IMG/VR virus record: IMGVR_UViG_3300046663_000412
Location: 9,278 to 73,277 of that record
Reading direction: 5' to 3' (one strand)
From: a virus
Lineage: Duplodnaviria; Caudoviricetes
Length of the DNA: 64,000 nt
The notes beneath the pieces were generated by a model. It worked only from the letters and a program-made list of their open reading frames with translations. It was not told where the DNA came from and ran no database searches. Shown here piece after piece: positions 62,682 through 64,000 of this stretch. The first letter of the stretch is position 1. Each line of letters opens with the position of its first letter. Made by a program: the position numbers and the translations under genes.

Positions 62682-63767
62682 ATGCCAGAGTGCTTAGATT
62701 GCGGCCAGACCGACCCGAATCCGAATCCGCTGGATAGTTGCAGCCGACCGGCGTGCGATAACCCGTGTGGTAGCGGCCCACACAATACGCCTCAGTGCGA
62801 GACGCTGCCCAGTCAGATTGAAAATTTCACGCTTCAGTTTTTCGGTGAAGTGGTCAAGACGGAGCAGAACGGTAAGGTCGTTTGGTCGTTGCCGTGCGGC
62901 CTGGACGTCGGGCTACCGGATAATCCGCGCGGCGTGAGCGAAGGGCTCGCCTGCTATTTTCTACGGCTCTTCCAGGACGGTATCACCGGGCTGAAGGGCG
63001 ATAAAGGCGACCAGGGCGTCGCGGGCACAAACGGAAACAACGCATACAGCGTGACGCTGCACACTTTCGCGCAGCCGTCGCTAGCGGCTCCCAGTGTTCA
63101 GATTCAGACCCAGTTTAATCCTGGAGTCGGTCTCACCGGCAGCTACCTTTTCATCGATACCTCCGGATGGTATCAAGTCGCCGGGTCAGATGCGAATGGG
63201 AATCTCTCACTCGTTTTGATTAAGCTATCGAGCACTAACGCGGGCGCGTTGGTGACTCCTGGCAAGCTGGTGATTGTTACCGGCCCTCCCGGTGCAACGA
63301 TTCAAGGCCCTCAAGGCATACCCGGACCTATCGGTCCCGCTGGCTCTCCTGGCCCAGAGCCGACCGCGACCAACGGAATGTATCAGCCGAATCTGTCCGC
63401 TTCGGATGCGAATCCGGACGTGACCTATGCGGTGTTGGATTACACCACTTCGAACATGCAATTTTTGGCTCCTGTGGCCGGGACCTATTTAGTGAACGTG
63501 GTGATTACCGTCGTTGCTTTGGGGGCTGTGGTAGCTACTGATGGAGCCTTTTTGCAAGTGGTGGATGACAGCGTAGCCGCTAACATCGGCCCGGAGCAGG
63601 TTATTACCGGGCTTGTCTCAGGTGAGCATCGCCAACTGAGCATCACCGCAATTGTGGTCACCGATTCAGATAATCACCAAATTTCTATCTACGGAAAACA
63701 AACGGTCCTCGGGCACATGCACTATCAGGCCATTCGGTCCGTGATGACCTGGGTTCGACTGGAATGA
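62682..63767 (+). CDS. Probable tail/head fibre protein, Cys-rich N-terminus, short collagen-like stretches
   Basis: GLKGDKGDQG, GPQGIPGPIGPAG; C-terminal beta domain (APVAGTYLV). Confidence 0.65.
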   Translation: MPECLDCGQTDPNPNPLDSCSRPACDNPCGSGPHNTPQCETLPSQIENFTLQFFGEVVKTEQNGKVVWSLPCGLDVGLPDNPRGVSEGLACYFLRLFQDGITGLKGDKGDQGVAGTNGNNAYSVTLHTFAQPSLAAPSVQIQTQFNPGVGLTGSYLFIDTSGWYQVAGSDANGNLSLVLIKLSSTNAGALVTPGKLVIVTGPPGATIQGPQGIPGPIGPAGSPGPEPTATNGMYQPNLSASDANPDVTYAVLDYTTSNMQFLAPVAGTYLVNVVITVVALGAVVATDGAFLQVVDDSVAANIGPEQVITGLVSGEHRQLSITAIVVTDSDNHQISIYGKQTVLGHMHYQAIRSVMTWVRLE

Positions 63768-63943
63768 AAAATCGAGGCGGCTGCGGCAAAAACAAAAGTT
63801 GTGCGATTCCCGTGTTGAGAGACACGGAGCACGTTTATACGGGCAAGTGTAAAGCCCCGCGCGGCGGGGATAAGACCGTTGGGGTGCCCGAATATAAATT
63901 AGTAGTGACGAATCTCCCCGACCCAAATAGAGCGACTTCTTAA
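63764..63943 (+). CDS. Small Cys-containing protein (59 aa)
   Basis: ATGA overlap; MKNRGGCGKNKSCAIP.. Confidence 0.5.
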   Translation: MKNRGGCGKNKSCAIPVLRDTEHVYTGKCKAPRGGDKTVGVPEYKLVVTNLPDPNRATS

Positions 63944-63944
63944 T

Positions 63945-64000
63945 ATGAAACCGATTAGACTTGCGGTAGCCCAGAGCGAGACAGTTCCCCCTTCGGGAGG
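63945..64000 (+). CDS. Gene truncated by window end
   Basis: ATG 7 nt after GCGACT (63932-63937); open to end. Confidence 0.5.
   Translation, partial: MKPIRLAVAQSETVPPSG

Noticed and set aside
1-64000. Stop-codon reassignment
   Set aside because: All long genes are intact in the standard code and tile with normal overlaps; no suppressor tRNA seen.

Overview
The window is a large part of a dsDNA tailed-phage (Caudoviricetes) genome with no host genes; host not identifiable from sequence alone. No tape-measure or tail-tube gene was recognised, so it may be podovirus-like, but some structural genes probably lie outside the window. Layout: 1-6.1 kb (+) a 1742-aa modular, probably injected, polyvalent protein; 6.1-38.5 kb (-) phage sigma factor, primase-helicase, family-A DNA polymerase, RuvC-like, DUF2800 nuclease, two helicases, RNA ligase, nucleotide-pool enzymes and a collagen-fibre/glycosyltransferase/gmd block; 38.7-50.7 kb (+) putative small terminase, an iteron-like repeat array, secreted Cys-rich proteins, a tRNA/tRNA-like array, fcl and a serine recombinase; 50.7-64 kb (+) terminase, portal, scaffold, two glycosyltransferases, major capsid and lysis-like genes. 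Highlights read from the sequence: (1) one fMet-like tRNA flanked by three CCA-ended cloverleaves with intact stems but no usable anticodon or elbow; (2) two promoter classes, a host sigma70-like class giving leaderless mRNAs and a YTGAC-N16-GCGAC class ahead of late genes, probably read by the phage sigma; (3) a complete GDP-mannose to GDP-fucose pathway plus four glycosyltransferases, mostly behind the late motif, suggesting virion glycosylation; (4) a promoter-driven ~165-nt structured RNA; (5) an apparently over-represented GTTTAAAC palindrome. All annotations are by-eye motif recognition; no database search or folding program was run.
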